Positions 9,184-18,945 of a stretch of 64,000 nt of DNA are shown here, piece after piece (position 1 is the first letter of the stretch; every line of letters begins with the position of its first letter). The DNA comes from Escherichia phage A4. The notes below the pieces were generated by a model. That model ran no database searches, was not told the DNA's origin, and worked only from the letters and a program-made list of their open reading frames with translations. The stretch is from sequence record ON286972. The stretch is one strand, 5' to 3'. A program made the translations under genes and the position numbers.

Positions 9184-9758
9184 ATATTGTAGAATTAAGT
9201 ACTAAGCTGATTACTATGCGTAACGAGTGGTACAATTGGTATTATAACGGTACTGACATGGATTTTTCAAAATATCCATTTATGGAATCAGGATGTGATT
9301 CAAGATACCGCTGGTTGAGTAAAGATGATTCTGGTTTACATATTCGAGTTGATGATAGTGGTCAGGGAATTATAAAAGATTTACTTCAAGTTGAAGAACT
9401 CGTCCATGATGAGTGGTGTGATAATGATCCATACCTAGGAAATATAATTTATGTAACTGAAGATGATTGTATATTCGTCATTCAGCGTCATGGTGATTCT
9501 ATGTTTTATATAGCAGACAGCAGTACACCTGAAGGTGCAGCATCAGATGGTCTTATTCCTAAGATTAATATATTAGATTTTGGCTTACCTGAGCACTTCC
9601 AGATGAGTACTCTATTCGATATTCCACCGTTTGAGTTCTTTGAAGAATTTAAATTGTACTACAGTGATCTTCAGAAATTGAGTACCGAGAGTCGTATTGA
9701 AATAACTGTCAGGTACATGGACGGGGCAAAATTAACCGACACGGGGATAGAATTTTGA
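9180..9758 (+). CDS. Hypothetical protein (192 aa)
   Basis: Track ORF, ATGA overlap. Confidence 0.55.
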   Translation: MNIVELSTKLITMRNEWYNWYYNGTDMDFSKYPFMESGCDSRYRWLSKDDSGLHIRVDDSGQGIIKDLLQVEELVHDEWCDNDPYLGNIIYVTEDDCIFVIQRHGDSMFYIADSSTPEGAASDGLIPKINILDFGLPEHFQMSTLFDIPPFEFFEEFKLYYSDLQKLSTESRIEITVRYMDGAKLTDTGIEF

Positions 9759-10444
9759 TTAAAGATTTAGATAGAATTTTATATGTACTAAGGGGTGTAA
9801 TTACTTTACAACCACAGATTAACCGCATGGAGAGAGCCTTTGAATTAAAATCAAGAGAAACTCCATATTCACATATATCAAATGTAGTTGGATCATTCTG
9901 CTCTGAAGACTCTCCTTACGATATTTGTGTATGTGAAGTACAGCCCAGTAATGATCTTGGTTTTGCAATCTTCGATAAAAATCAAGTACTGGTCAGTATG
10001 TTTCAGTGTAATAATCCTTTCTGGAAAACATGCCTGTACCCTGATTGGGCTATGCTTGACCCTACGAATAGTAAGATTAAAGTATATGACTCTAAGAATG
10101 AAGAAGTTGTTATTGATTTAGATGAATCAATGACAGAGGAAGAACACTTCCAGCTTATGATGATGCGTGCAATGCCAGACTATGAAGCAATGATTAACAC
10201 CGTACAATACATTAAGGATACGATGAGATCATTGCGTACACATGAGTTTTGTCATCCAGTATCGTATGAACATTTGGATTTAGATTTCAGTACTATCAAG
10301 TTTAAAGATAGTGTTATTGAATATATCCAAGAGAACACTAAATTTGATTTTATTAGTACTATGATTAATAATCCTGATACAAATTTCAGGCATCAGTACA
10401 ATGAATCTTTGTCTGGTGGTCGAGATACCAGTTGGTGGAAATAA
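9755..10444 (+). CDS. Hypothetical protein (229 aa)
   Basis: Track ORF, overlap with upstream stop. Confidence 0.55.
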   Translation: MIKDLDRILYVLRGVITLQPQINRMERAFELKSRETPYSHISNVVGSFCSEDSPYDICVCEVQPSNDLGFAIFDKNQVLVSMFQCNNPFWKTCLYPDWAMLDPTNSKIKVYDSKNEEVVIDLDESMTEEEHFQLMMMRAMPDYEAMINTVQYIKDTMRSLRTHEFCHPVSYEHLDLDFSTIKFKDSVIEYIQENTKFDFISTMINNPDTNFRHQYNESLSGGRDTSWWK

Positions 10445-10445
10445 T

Positions 10446-10709
10446 ATGAATATCCAAGATAGATTGCAATTGTTGCACACACTTGAAGAAGCTGCTTTTG
10501 AACTTGTTAATAAAATTGCACAAGAACTCCCAAAAGGAACCAACGTTCGTGTTCGTGAAATGGATTATTTAACGGGAGAAATTGAAGAAAAAGTTCTAAC
10601 AGTGATCAAAGTAACATACTATGAATCAGAGTTATCAATTCAATGTAAGTCAGATAATGGTTACGTTTCCTACTATGGCACAGATGTAGATATAGAGGTA
10701 ATTAGATGA
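10446..10709 (+). CDS. Hypothetical protein
   Basis: Track ORF 10401-10709 trimmed to ATG 10446 just after the upstream stop. Confidence 0.45.
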   Translation: MNIQDRLQLLHTLEEAAFELVNKIAQELPKGTNVRVREMDYLTGEIEEKVLTVIKVTYYESELSIQCKSDNGYVSYYGTDVDIEVIR

Positions 10710-11851
10710 GTAATTTACGAGAAATATACAATGATTTAATGGAACTATGTGAATCTAATGATGCATTTTTCTATATAGATCACACAAGCCCTGGTGGTGG
10801 TTTATACCGTGTATTCACCTATCGTCTGGCATCTTATACCGATTTCACAAATAAAAATGCACTAGAAACTCGTGGTTCTATGTGGGAAATCGATTCCAAC
10901 GGAATTATGATTCGTTGTGCAGCACGTACAATGAAAAAGTTCTTCAATGCATATGAAAACCCGTACACAATGTTCAGTACTGATACGACATGTGATGATA
11001 TTGCAGTTGTAATGCCTAAACTTGATGGTTCTATCATCAGCACATTCCGTGATAACGATGGTGAAATCCGTTGCAAATCACACACTTCGTTATCTTCTGA
11101 CCATGCTATTAACAGTACTCGACTTTTGAACGAGAACCAAAATCTCTATCAATACATTGATGAAGCAGACCGTTTGGGCTATACTGTGAATCTGGAATAC
11201 ACAAGCCCAGAGTATCGAATTGTGTTACCATATCAGGTGGAACAGTTATTTGTTCTTAACGTTCGTCATCGTATTAGTGGTGAGTTGTTATGCGGTAAAG
11301 CACTACGTGATAAGTTTCCATGCCTTTCACAGTACAGTACTAATATGACAGGTAATGACATTCATCATACATTCCCGATTATGCCTACATTTAAAGAGTC
11401 AATCGATAAAGTACGTTCTATGATTGACATTGAAGGTTTTGTGTGTATAATGAAAGATGGTACAATGTGCAAAATCAAAACTGACTGGTATTGCTCTTTG
11501 CATTTAACAAAAGATTCCATTCTTATTGATTCCCATTTATATGAAGCTGTACTGACTGGTGCAAGTGATGACTTAAAACAATTGTTCAGTACTGATACAT
11601 ATGCAATGGATAAGATATTAAGAATGGAACAATTGGTATTTTCGTGCTATAATGCTTTACAAGATGAGGTAGAAAGCTTCGTCCATGCATACAAGCACTT
11701 AGAGCGAAAGGAATTCGCTCAAAAGGTTCAGCAAGATTTACCTAATGTATTGAACCGACAAGGCTTGGCCTTTGCGTTGTACAATGGCAAAAGTGTCGAT
11801 TATAAAGAGACTTTACTAAAGTACTACAAAGATGTACTAAAGGATTTTTAG
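10706..11851 (+). CDS. rnlA: RNA ligase 1 (T4 Rnl1-like)
   Basis: Extended similarity to recalled T4 RnlA: FFY.D..S..G...R.F.Y..AS, RG.MFE, KFFN..ENP, GYV..MKDG...KIK.DWY.SLH.TK, GASDDLK. Confidence 0.9.
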   Translation: MSNLREIYNDLMELCESNDAFFYIDHTSPGGGLYRVFTYRLASYTDFTNKNALETRGSMWEIDSNGIMIRCAARTMKKFFNAYENPYTMFSTDTTCDDIAVVMPKLDGSIISTFRDNDGEIRCKSHTSLSSDHAINSTRLLNENQNLYQYIDEADRLGYTVNLEYTSPEYRIVLPYQVEQLFVLNVRHRISGELLCGKALRDKFPCLSQYSTNMTGNDIHHTFPIMPTFKESIDKVRSMIDIEGFVCIMKDGTMCKIKTDWYCSLHLTKDSILIDSHLYEAVLTGASDDLKQLFSTDTYAMDKILRMEQLVFSCYNALQDEVESFVHAYKHLERKEFAQKVQQDLPNVLNRQGLAFALYNGKSVDYKETLLKYYKDVLKDF

Positions 11852-11880
11852 TACTAACTAGCCCAGCACAAGGAGAAGTG

Positions 11881-12135
11881 ATGGCTAAACCTAAGTATAA
11901 AAATGATGGTTCCCTTTCTCCTACTGAGTTCAGGAAAATACAACAAGAAATCGATGATTTACAGCACAAACGCTCAATGAAAGGTGTGAAGATTAGTAAG
12001 AAGCGAATCGAGAATACTTTTGGGTGTAGTAGTACTGAATATAAGAAGAAAAGGAAACCAAAGGATGTTAAGCCGAGAATACATGATGTAACTCGCTATA
12101 CATCGAAACGTGAAAATAAATTCGATCCACTATAA
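11881..12135 (+). CDS. Small basic protein (K/R-rich)
   Basis: ATG 5 nt after AAGGAG; track start GTG 11878 is adjacent. Confidence 0.5.
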   Translation: MAKPKYKNDGSLSPTEFRKIQQEIDDLQHKRSMKGVKISKKRIENTFGCSSTEYKKKRKPKDVKPRIHDVTRYTSKRENKFDPL

Positions 12136-12144
12136 GGAGTTCAT

Positions 12145-12381
12145 ATGAAAGTTGAAGTTCAGCATAGTATTGTTCAGGATATGTCAGTGGTTAAGTTTCT
12201 TTCTCTGAAAGATTACTTCAGATGTATCAAGTTCCTTGAAGAATCTCAATTACAGTGGACCCCCTTAAAGTACAGTTCATCCAATGACACTGCTAGTATT
12301 CGTTGTGATGAAGCTGTACTTGTAAAAATCTCCAAGCGATTTGGAGTTGGGAAATACAATGAAAAACAATCATTCAAGTGA
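12145..12381 (+). CDS. Hypothetical protein (78 aa)
   Basis: AAGGAG RBS, ATG start. Confidence 0.5.
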   Translation: MKVEVQHSIVQDMSVVKFLSLKDYFRCIKFLEESQLQWTPLKYSSSNDTASIRCDEAVLVKISKRFGVGKYNEKQSFK

Positions 12382-12613
12382 TTTGTTATATTATAAAGTA
12401 CTATCAGAATGTTTGACGGATATATTGTACCGTGAGAGTAATACTCTACGTGCAAAATATATTAACAAAAGAGTACGTTATAAATCATCTTATGATGGGA
12501 TGAATGTTTATGGTAAAATCACTAATGTATATGTAGATGATGATTTTACATTGAATATCATTGTCGATAATTGTATTGATATCTCAATTGATGATATTAT
12601 TGAGGTAATCTAA
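12359..12613 (+). CDS. Hypothetical protein
   Basis: Track ORF 12341-12613 trimmed to ATG 12359. Confidence 0.45.
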   Translation: MKNNHSSDLLYYKVLSECLTDILYRESNTLRAKYINKRVRYKSSYDGMNVYGKITNVYVDDDFTLNIIVDNCIDISIDDIIEVI

Positions 12614-12924
12614 TGAATAAAGCATTAAAAGAACTTAATAATTTAATGAATGCAGAAATTGAATTAACTAATACTATTTCTGAAATTGTTCATGATATGA
12701 TTACACAATACAAGAAATCACTCATTGGTAAGAAAGTTGAATGCTGGGATTACAACACTAAAACATGGTTCGAAACTATCATTAGTGATGTTAATGTTAA
12801 ATTTCATGTAGTTACTCATCACATTTCTGACGAGTGCTATGTAGAAGTAACTATAGGACACAACACGAGACATGAACGTTTTTCGTGGTACAATCTAAAG
12901 AATGTGAAATTTATTGAGGATTAA
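12613..12924 (+). CDS. Small paralog family-like protein
   Basis: Contains SLIGKKVECWDY motif shared with arrays 1 and 2. Confidence 0.5.
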   Translation: MNKALKELNNLMNAEIELTNTISEIVHDMITQYKKSLIGKKVECWDYNTKTWFETIISDVNVKFHVVTHHISDECYVEVTIGHNTRHERFSWYNLKNVKFIED

Positions 12925-13857
12925 ATGCCAACTATTACACTAACAGTTGGATTGCCAGGATGTGGTAAAACCACGTGGGCAGTGCAAGAAATTAAAAAAG
13001 CAAAGTCCAAGACTATCAACATCAATCGTGATGATATTCGAGAGTCTATGGCTGGGTCACATGATGCTTATAAATTCACTGATGCGAACGAGAAGTACGT
13101 AACTAATCAACAGTTCAGTGCAGCAAACGCAGCAGCAGCGAATGGATGGAACATTATTGTGTCCGATACGAACCTGAAACAAGGTTTTCGTGATGAATGG
13201 AAACGTTGGGCTAAAGATAATGGCTACGACTACAAAGAAAAGAACTTCTACGAAGATTTTGTACCGAATGAAGACCGTGGTGCAGATGTTCATGAATTCT
13301 TTAAGATTAAGGAATTCGTGAAGCTCTGTAAGAAACGCAACCTTCTTCGTGTGCGTTCAGTACAAGATGAAATCATTGACACTATGGCAGATACGTACTA
13401 TTATAGTAAGGCGATGCACATTGGTTACTATGGTAATGCACGTGAAGCTGCTATCATTGTTGATATCGACGGTACTCTTGCTCATAAGTGGGGACGTAAC
13501 CCGTTTGATGAAAGTACTGTCCTTCAGGATACACCAGATGAAGAAGTAATTCTGTCTGTCATTGCTGAGGCTGTTTTCCATAAGCGTAAGGTAATCGTCA
13601 TGAGTGGGCGTACTGAAGGGTGTCGTGCTGATACTGAACAGTGGCTTAAGAATTGGGGCATTCCCTACGATGTATTGTTAATGCGAGCTATCGATGATAA
13701 ACGTCCTGATGATGTTGTCAAATTCGAGTTGTATATGAATAACGTTGTTAATCATTACGATGTTAAGAAAGTATTTGATGACAGGGCCGCCGTTGTATTC
13801 ATGTGGCGTAAGCTACTAGGCTTGAAAGTATTTCAGGTGGAACCTGGACTATTTTGA
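12925..13857 (+). CDS. pseT: Polynucleotide 5'-kinase/3'-phosphatase (T4 Pnk-like)
   Basis: N-terminal P-loop GLPGCGKTTWA, NINRDD, and HAD-type phosphatase DIDGTLA with DDR..VV.MW; matches recalled T4 PseT. Confidence 0.9.
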   Translation: MPTITLTVGLPGCGKTTWAVQEIKKAKSKTININRDDIRESMAGSHDAYKFTDANEKYVTNQQFSAANAAAANGWNIIVSDTNLKQGFRDEWKRWAKDNGYDYKEKNFYEDFVPNEDRGADVHEFFKIKEFVKLCKKRNLLRVRSVQDEIIDTMADTYYYSKAMHIGYYGNAREAAIIVDIDGTLAHKWGRNPFDESTVLQDTPDEEVILSVIAEAVFHKRKVIVMSGRTEGCRADTEQWLKNWGIPYDVLLMRAIDDKRPDDVVKFELYMNNVVNHYDVKKVFDDRAAVVFMWRKLLGLKVFQVEPGLF

Positions 13858-13867
13858 TTATTACAAA

Positions 13868-13894
13868 GGGATCAGTACTGATCCCTTTTCTTTT
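13868..13894 (+). terminator. Rho-independent terminator
   Basis: Perfect hairpin gggatCAGTACTGatccc followed by TTTTCTTTT. Confidence 0.6.
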
Positions 13895-13909
13895 AATTTA
13901 GGTGATATA

Positions 13910-14170
13910 ATGGATAATAGTTATGATGTACATTTCAAACAATGCCAGTTGGTTTTACACTCCCTAATGGAAGAGTTGCGAATCAAGTACATAGGCAAAA
14001 TTGCTACATGTTTATCAACTGGAAGACGTGGGCAAATTGTAGAGATTTATTATTCTCCACTTAGTGATGAAATTAAAATAAAAGCTAAAATATTCCTAAC
14101 TGGATCTAACAATTTCTTGGGTGAACATATGGTAAAAATTATCTCTGAATTATCGATAACGGATGAATAA
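13910..14170 (+). CDS. Small paralog family protein (array 2)
   Basis: KYIGKIATC motif, ~86 aa. Confidence 0.55.
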   Translation: MDNSYDVHFKQCQLVLHSLMEELRIKYIGKIATCLSTGRRGQIVEIYYSPLSDEIKIKAKIFLTGSNNFLGEHMVKIISELSITDE

Positions 14171-14172
14171 AC

Positions 14173-14439
14173 ATGAATATTAATATAGATTTCCAATTTG
14201 TTAATTCACATATTCAAGTACTGAAAAATTTAGTAAAGCAACTATCAGAAAAATATAAAGATACATATGTTAAATGTGTTTATGATACAAGTGACTGGGA
14301 ACGCATTATTAAAATTGATTCAGTATATCTTGATACTAACAATAATATAGTTGTATCTGGCGTTGATATGTATGGGCATAGATACCAATTCACAACGCGA
14401 GCAACAATAACTACAGTGGATGGATATGAATACGAATGA
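14173..14439 (+). CDS. Small paralog family protein (array 2)
   Basis: Same size class and N-terminal helix pattern. Confidence 0.5.
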   Translation: MNINIDFQFVNSHIQVLKNLVKQLSEKYKDTYVKCVYDTSDWERIIKIDSVYLDTNNNIVVSGVDMYGHRYQFTTRATITTVDGYEYE

Positions 14440-14725
14440 ATTCCAAGCATTATTGAAAACATTATATCTTCTTAAAGAAGAATCTCTTGCAATGTATAAT
14501 GAAAAACAATACAAGTTTGAAGAACAACTCATTCATTTTCATGATGAATATCTTGCCTTTTTGAATAAAAAATACTCAAATGTTCAGTGCAAATATCGAG
14601 GTAGTGATGTTATTATTACCGAAATAGAATCAAGTACTTACGGATATCCATACCTTTGTTGCAAATATATCCCAAGTGATATAACATTTCGCTCAAGAAT
14701 ATATTCGAGGTTTATTTTTTCATGA
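14420..14725 (+). CDS. Small paralog family protein (array 2)
   Basis: Track ORF, overlaps upstream stop. Confidence 0.5.
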   Translation: MDMNTNEFQALLKTLYLLKEESLAMYNEKQYKFEEQLIHFHDEYLAFLNKKYSNVQCKYRGSDVIITEIESSTYGYPYLCCKYIPSDITFRSRIYSRFIFS

Positions 14726-15003
14726 ATAATGATTCATTGAAGTTTTTTTATTATCATTATCGTATTTTACGCAGTTTATATTTTTCAGAATCCGATGAAA
14801 GATTACTAACATCATTATCAGTACTGATGGATAATTACGAGAACGAATTGTCTAAATTGGTTTTTGGTGTCAATGTTCTAGATGATACCGATTTAACATG
14901 GACAATTATTGAAGTGGCGACCTGGAATGGTAATATTTTGTACAGGTGCGAACGAGCAGGTTTTTTATGGGATGCCACATATGACGAAATTAGAATTGTA
15001 TGA
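14722..15003 (+). CDS. Small paralog family protein (array 2)
   Basis: Track ORF, ATGA overlap. Confidence 0.5.
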   Translation: MNNDSLKFFYYHYRILRSLYFSESDERLLTSLSVLMDNYENELSKLVFGVNVLDDTDLTWTIIEVATWNGNILYRCERAGFLWDATYDEIRIV

Positions 15004-15280
15004 CAGGCAAGTGAAATTGATAAGAGATACTCGTCGTTTCTTTCATACTCAATTAGTAGATCCATGTTATGATATTTCCGATTTCCTTGAAACCTATCTC
15101 CTTGATCTAACTACACCACTGCTTAAAAAATACGTAGGCACAAAAGCTATATATCTTGGAAGAGAAGTTGAAATTACCAACATATCATATTCTTATGGGG
15201 CATACATGTATACGGCAAAATCTGATAATGGACAAAGATATTATGCAATACGATCAAGAGAACTTACGATTATTGGATAG
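14981..15280 (+). CDS. Small paralog family protein (array 2)
   Basis: Track ORF 14909-15280 trimmed to ATG 14981 (MTKLELYDRQ), contains YVGTKAIYLG. Confidence 0.45.
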   Translation: MTKLELYDRQVKLIRDTRRFFHTQLVDPCYDISDFLETYLLDLTTPLLKKYVGTKAIYLGREVEITNISYSYGAYMYTAKSDNGQRYYAIRSRELTIIG

Positions 15281-15572
15281 GCATCTTGCTATTCTTATCG
15301 ACCTTGTGATGGAAAGTGATGTAAAAATTTTTGAAAGTAGATTTCTTGAGGATTATAAAACTGAATTGCAAGAACTGTACAAAGGTAAAAAAGTATTACT
15401 TAGTACTGGTGACTATGGTAAAATTGAGTACGTGTATTATGAATGGAAAAAGGTTATATATTTTATAAAAACCAAAATAAAATACCAAAATAAAACAAGA
15501 ACCTATAAAGCATATTACGATTCAAATGAGATAGAGATTATATATGACCAACACGTTAATAACAAAAAGTGA
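15243..15572 (+). CDS. Small paralog family protein (array 2)
   Basis: Track ORF 15156-15572 trimmed to ATG 15243; contains LYKGKKVLLSTGDYG. Confidence 0.45.
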   Translation: MQYDQENLRLLDRHLAILIDLVMESDVKIFESRFLEDYKTELQELYKGKKVLLSTGDYGKIEYVYYEWKKVIYFIKTKIKYQNKTRTYKAYYDSNEIEIIYDQHVNNKK

Positions 15573-15867
15573 ATTAGATTATTTGAATTATATAAACAGA
15601 TACTTTCTGATTCTATATAATATACTTCTTGAAGAACAATGCACTAAATCAAACCATCAGTTATATAACTATATTAACTGTATAATTAGTGAAATATATG
15701 AATCATTGGAAAAGAGATTTAAGTACAGAACTATTAAGTGCGAAGATGATATTGTATATATTCATGGTGTTTTTGGTACAGGATATGGAATATTCGTTGA
15801 TTATAAAATACACCCATTTGATCCGTACATAGAAAATAGTATGTACATAGAAGAGATTGAACTATGA
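15544..15867 (+). CDS. Small paralog family protein (array 2)
   Basis: Track ORF. Confidence 0.5.
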   Translation: MTNTLITKSELDYLNYINRYFLILYNILLEEQCTKSNHQLYNYINCIISEIYESLEKRFKYRTIKCEDDIVYIHGVFGTGYGIFVDYKIHPFDPYIENSMYIEEIEL

Positions 15868-16181
15868 CACAAGAAGAATATAATAAATTAATAATGTACG
15901 AGAATCATTTTAATTATTGTCTGAAATGGTTATTGTACATTGATAACGTTGAGATGGATATGTACAGAAAAGAGGTGAATAAACGTGTTAAAGATTTCTA
16001 TTACGAATTGACTGATCTTTTTTATAATAATGTAGTATATGAAGCAAATACCAGTCGTGATTATGACCTTTATATCAAGCAAATATGGGGTACTGACTAC
16101 GGTCTGATGATTGATTGCAGTACTGGTCCTAATATAGACAGACCCAGTACTACATTGTATCTGGATGAGATTTTCATATGA
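15864..16181 (+). CDS. Small paralog family protein (array 2)
   Basis: Track ORF, ATGA overlap. Confidence 0.5.
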   Translation: MTQEEYNKLIMYENHFNYCLKWLLYIDNVEMDMYRKEVNKRVKDFYYELTDLFYNNVVYEANTSRDYDLYIKQIWGTDYGLMIDCSTGPNIDRPSTTLYLDEIFI

Positions 16182-16480
16182 ATGAACTATTACTTTGTCA
16201 TAAAACATACATTATGCTATTCAGAACGTGCCATGATATGCGAATTGAAGGTATACTAGACTACCCAACTATGATGATTAACTTCAGGGTGTTAATGGAT
16301 TCATATTCACAATCTGTCATTGATGCATTTGAAGGTAGAGAAATAAAGTTCAAAAATGCCAGGACAAATAATGAGCTATGTGATACAATTAAATCAGTGG
16401 GGATTTCGGTTCCAAATGTGTACGTAATCCCATTGATGTACGGAAGAGTAGTATCCACTAACGAAATTATTAGTATATGA
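16178..16480 (+). CDS. Small paralog family protein (array 2)
   Basis: Track ORF, ATGA overlap. Confidence 0.5.
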   Translation: MNELLLCHKTYIMLFRTCHDMRIEGILDYPTMMINFRVLMDSYSQSVIDAFEGREIKFKNARTNNELCDTIKSVGISVPNVYVIPLMYGRVVSTNEIISI

Positions 16481-16776
16481 TTAAAATATTATATGAAGCA
16501 GAAGAAACATATAAACTTCTGTGGGAAACTTTTATTTTTGACAAATACTATAATAGAACTGAATGGTTAGAGGTAAGTAAAATATATCTTCAAATTTTAA
16601 ATGATTATTTTTGTCCGTTCGTTGCTGAATGTAAAAATAATCCAATTGAAGAAATTAATATAATCGAAATAGTAGATGGGTTTGGTGCGTGGTTGATATA
16701 CCAAGACAACTATCACTTTTCTAATTATATCGAAGATATCGGTAAAATAATTGTAATTAAAGGAGTCATACTATGA
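16477..16776 (+). CDS. Small paralog family protein (array 2)
   Basis: Track ORF, ATGA overlap. Confidence 0.5.
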   Translation: MIKILYEAEETYKLLWETFIFDKYYNRTEWLEVSKIYLQILNDYFCPFVAECKNNPIEEINIIEIVDGFGAWLIYQDNYHFSNYIEDIGKIIVIKGVIL

Positions 16777-17378
16777 TTTATGCACTATACGTACTATACG
16801 TACTTGGTCTGGTTATTGGTTGGTTTTTGGCAAAATCTTACAACCGTAATGCACTGGCATACACAGTATTTGGTATTATTTTTACGCCAGTACTAGAACT
16901 AGGTTTACTCATTATTATGGGTCGCCGTGACATGACACCAGTCATTGACGATAATCGTGATAAAGCAGTACATGATGTACCCGTTTTTGAAGGATATACG
17001 CCAACTTTAACAGTTGATGACGTTTACATTGATGGTGCTGAAGAAGTTAAATCAGTTCAGGAAGAAGTTGAAGAAGTTCCAGTTAAAGAAGAACCACAAC
17101 CAAAAGCACCAACAACTAAAACAAAAGCAAAAACTTCTAAGAAAACGAAAGGTCGCAAGACTAGCACTAAAAATACCAAAAAAACCAGTACAACTCGCAA
17201 AAGCACTAAAACTGATAAGGAAGCATCTTCCAGTACTGATGATGGTACAAGCACTGTTCTACTGACAGCAGCAACAACTGCCGCAATTATCAGTACTTCA
17301 TCCTATAGCGACTCATCTTCCTCTTATGATAGTGGCTCTTGTGATAGTTCAAGCTCAAGTTCAGGAAGCTGTGATTAA
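16773..17378 (+). CDS. Membrane protein with low-complexity Lys/Thr/Ser-rich C-terminal region
   Basis: Two N-terminal hydrophobic helices, then KTKAKTSKKTKGRKTSTK and SSYSDSSSSYDSGSCDSSSSSSGSCD. Confidence 0.55.
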   Translation: MIYALYVLYVLGLVIGWFLAKSYNRNALAYTVFGIIFTPVLELGLLIIMGRRDMTPVIDDNRDKAVHDVPVFEGYTPTLTVDDVYIDGAEEVKSVQEEVEEVPVKEEPQPKAPTTKTKAKTSKKTKGRKTSTKNTKKTSTTRKSTKTDKEASSSTDDGTSTVLLTAATTAAIISTSSYSDSSSSYDSGSCDSSSSSSGSCD

Positions 17379-17722
17379 TGGTTCCGTTATCATCTGAACT
17401 AAGGTACTTCGAATCTCTCCTTGATCTTCAATCAGAATTCGTTAGTGCCTTAAAAAATAAATTAATAGGCAAAAAAGTAAAATTCACTCAAGAGTATATT
17501 GACCACATCAATAAGGCTAAGGAGGATGAAGTAGATTCTGACTGGATTTATTGTGATGATGAAGCTTCTCATATCAACGAAAATACAGTTATGTTTATTA
17601 CTTTGTTGCGAGTAAAGAATTCATCAATCTATGTTGATGTGGAATATGAAAATCCAAAAAGTTCTGAATGGTACGGATTCACTTACCGTTTAGATCGTTT
17701 AGAACTAATAGAAGAGGAATAA
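17378..17722 (+). CDS. Small paralog family-like protein
   Basis: KLIGKKVKF motif. Confidence 0.5.
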   Translation: MVPLSSELRYFESLLDLQSEFVSALKNKLIGKKVKFTQEYIDHINKAKEDEVDSDWIYCDDEASHINENTVMFITLLRVKNSSIYVDVEYENPKSSEWYGFTYRLDRLELIEEE

Positions 17723-17965
17723 ATGATTTTATTTTTTGCTTTGTATGGTGTAGGAGTACTGAGTACATTTTTGAGTACTTTTCTTATCATCAATTGGGGT
17801 TCTTTTAAAGATACCCCTACCACAATGATTAATATTAGTACCTGCTCTATGTTATCAGTACTGTGGCCTGTGTCGTTGGTGTATCTTTTCATTTCAATCT
17901 GTAAAGATTTTTACGATACACTAACAAAATTCAAGAAGAAGAAACATGACAAAGACGGAAATTGA
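17723..17965 (+). CDS. Small membrane protein (80 aa)
   Basis: Two hydrophobic segments. Confidence 0.5.
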   Translation: MILFFALYGVGVLSTFLSTFLIINWGSFKDTPTTMINISTCSMLSVLWPVSLVYLFISICKDFYDTLTKFKKKKHDKDGN

Positions 17966-18200
17966 ACAGTTAAAGATGTTACAATCGTTATCTGATGATT
18001 TTGTCCAACGTGCTAAGCACAAATATATTGGTCAAGAAATTCTTCTTAAACACTCCAGAGGTTGGCAAAAAATATGCATAAGAGATATGGGAACATATCA
18101 TGGTGATGTGCGATATTACGTAGATTGCTATGTTAATGACCAAATTGCCAATACTCAAGTTGTCACCTATGATAAAATTATATGGATTAAAGAACAATGA
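17946..18200 (+). CDS. Small paralog family-like protein
   Basis: KYIGQEILL motif. Confidence 0.5.
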   Translation: MTKTEIEQLKMLQSLSDDFVQRAKHKYIGQEILLKHSRGWQKICIRDMGTYHGDVRYYVDCYVNDQIANTQVVTYDKIIWIKEQ

Positions 18201-18940
18201 AACATTTCTTAGAAGTAACAGTTCCTGATGAAAAAGATTTGTATATAGTAGGAGACATTCACGGTAATGCAAAACTATGGGAACATACCAAGAAAGAATT
18301 TGGTATTACTCCTGAAGATTATGTATTCAGTTTAGGCGATTTAATTGACAGAGGTGAGCAAAGTGCTCACCTTTTGTTTGAGTTTTTATTCGCTGAGAAT
18401 CGATATATGATCATGGGCAATCATGAATCGATGTGTATTGATTCTGCAACTCATCGTGACTGGTATCATTGCTGGACACAGAATGGGGGCGATAAGTTCC
18501 TGGAAGAAGTTGGTGTATCAGGAGTGGAATTCTTCCGTCAGTACTTGGACCAGCTACCTATGATTATCCAAATCAATCACAGAGGACTCAAGATTGGTCT
18601 TGTACATGCAGGTGTAGATCTGAAGTACAATGACTGGAATAAGTTCATTACTGGGACAAAATCAATGTCCAGTGATACAATTGAGTCATGCCTATGGGAC
18701 AGAAAGACATTTGATTTCTGTAAAGCCAACAACGTCTTTAATGCATCACGTATTACCAACGTAGATTATGTACTTAGTGGGCATACTGCCGTGTTTGATC
18801 CCCTCATTTATGGTAACCGTATCTGGATTGACAGTCAGTTTCTTACTGGTGATTTGACTATTGCTACCCCACAAGGTGGTAAGATGCGTTATTTGCGTAA
18901 AGAAAAAGACGAATATTCATTTAGTCGATTCAAAAGGTAA
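18197..18940 (+). CDS. Ser/Thr protein phosphatase (PPP family, lambda-phosphatase-like)
   Basis: GDIHGN, GDLIDRG and GNHE metallophosphatase signature motifs. Confidence 0.8.
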   Translation: MKHFLEVTVPDEKDLYIVGDIHGNAKLWEHTKKEFGITPEDYVFSLGDLIDRGEQSAHLLFEFLFAENRYMIMGNHESMCIDSATHRDWYHCWTQNGGDKFLEEVGVSGVEFFRQYLDQLPMIIQINHRGLKIGLVHAGVDLKYNDWNKFITGTKSMSSDTIESCLWDRKTFDFCKANNVFNASRITNVDYVLSGHTAVFDPLIYGNRIWIDSQFLTGDLTIATPQGGKMRYLRKEKDEYSFSRFKR

Positions 18941-18945
18941 TTATT

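Noticed and set aside
17014-17265. Alternative-frame ORFs (17014-17265 +, 17057-17254 -) within the Lys/Thr-rich region of 16773-17378
   Set aside because: Generated by the low-complexity repeat; the in-frame gene has a proper start, transmembrane helices and continuous frame.
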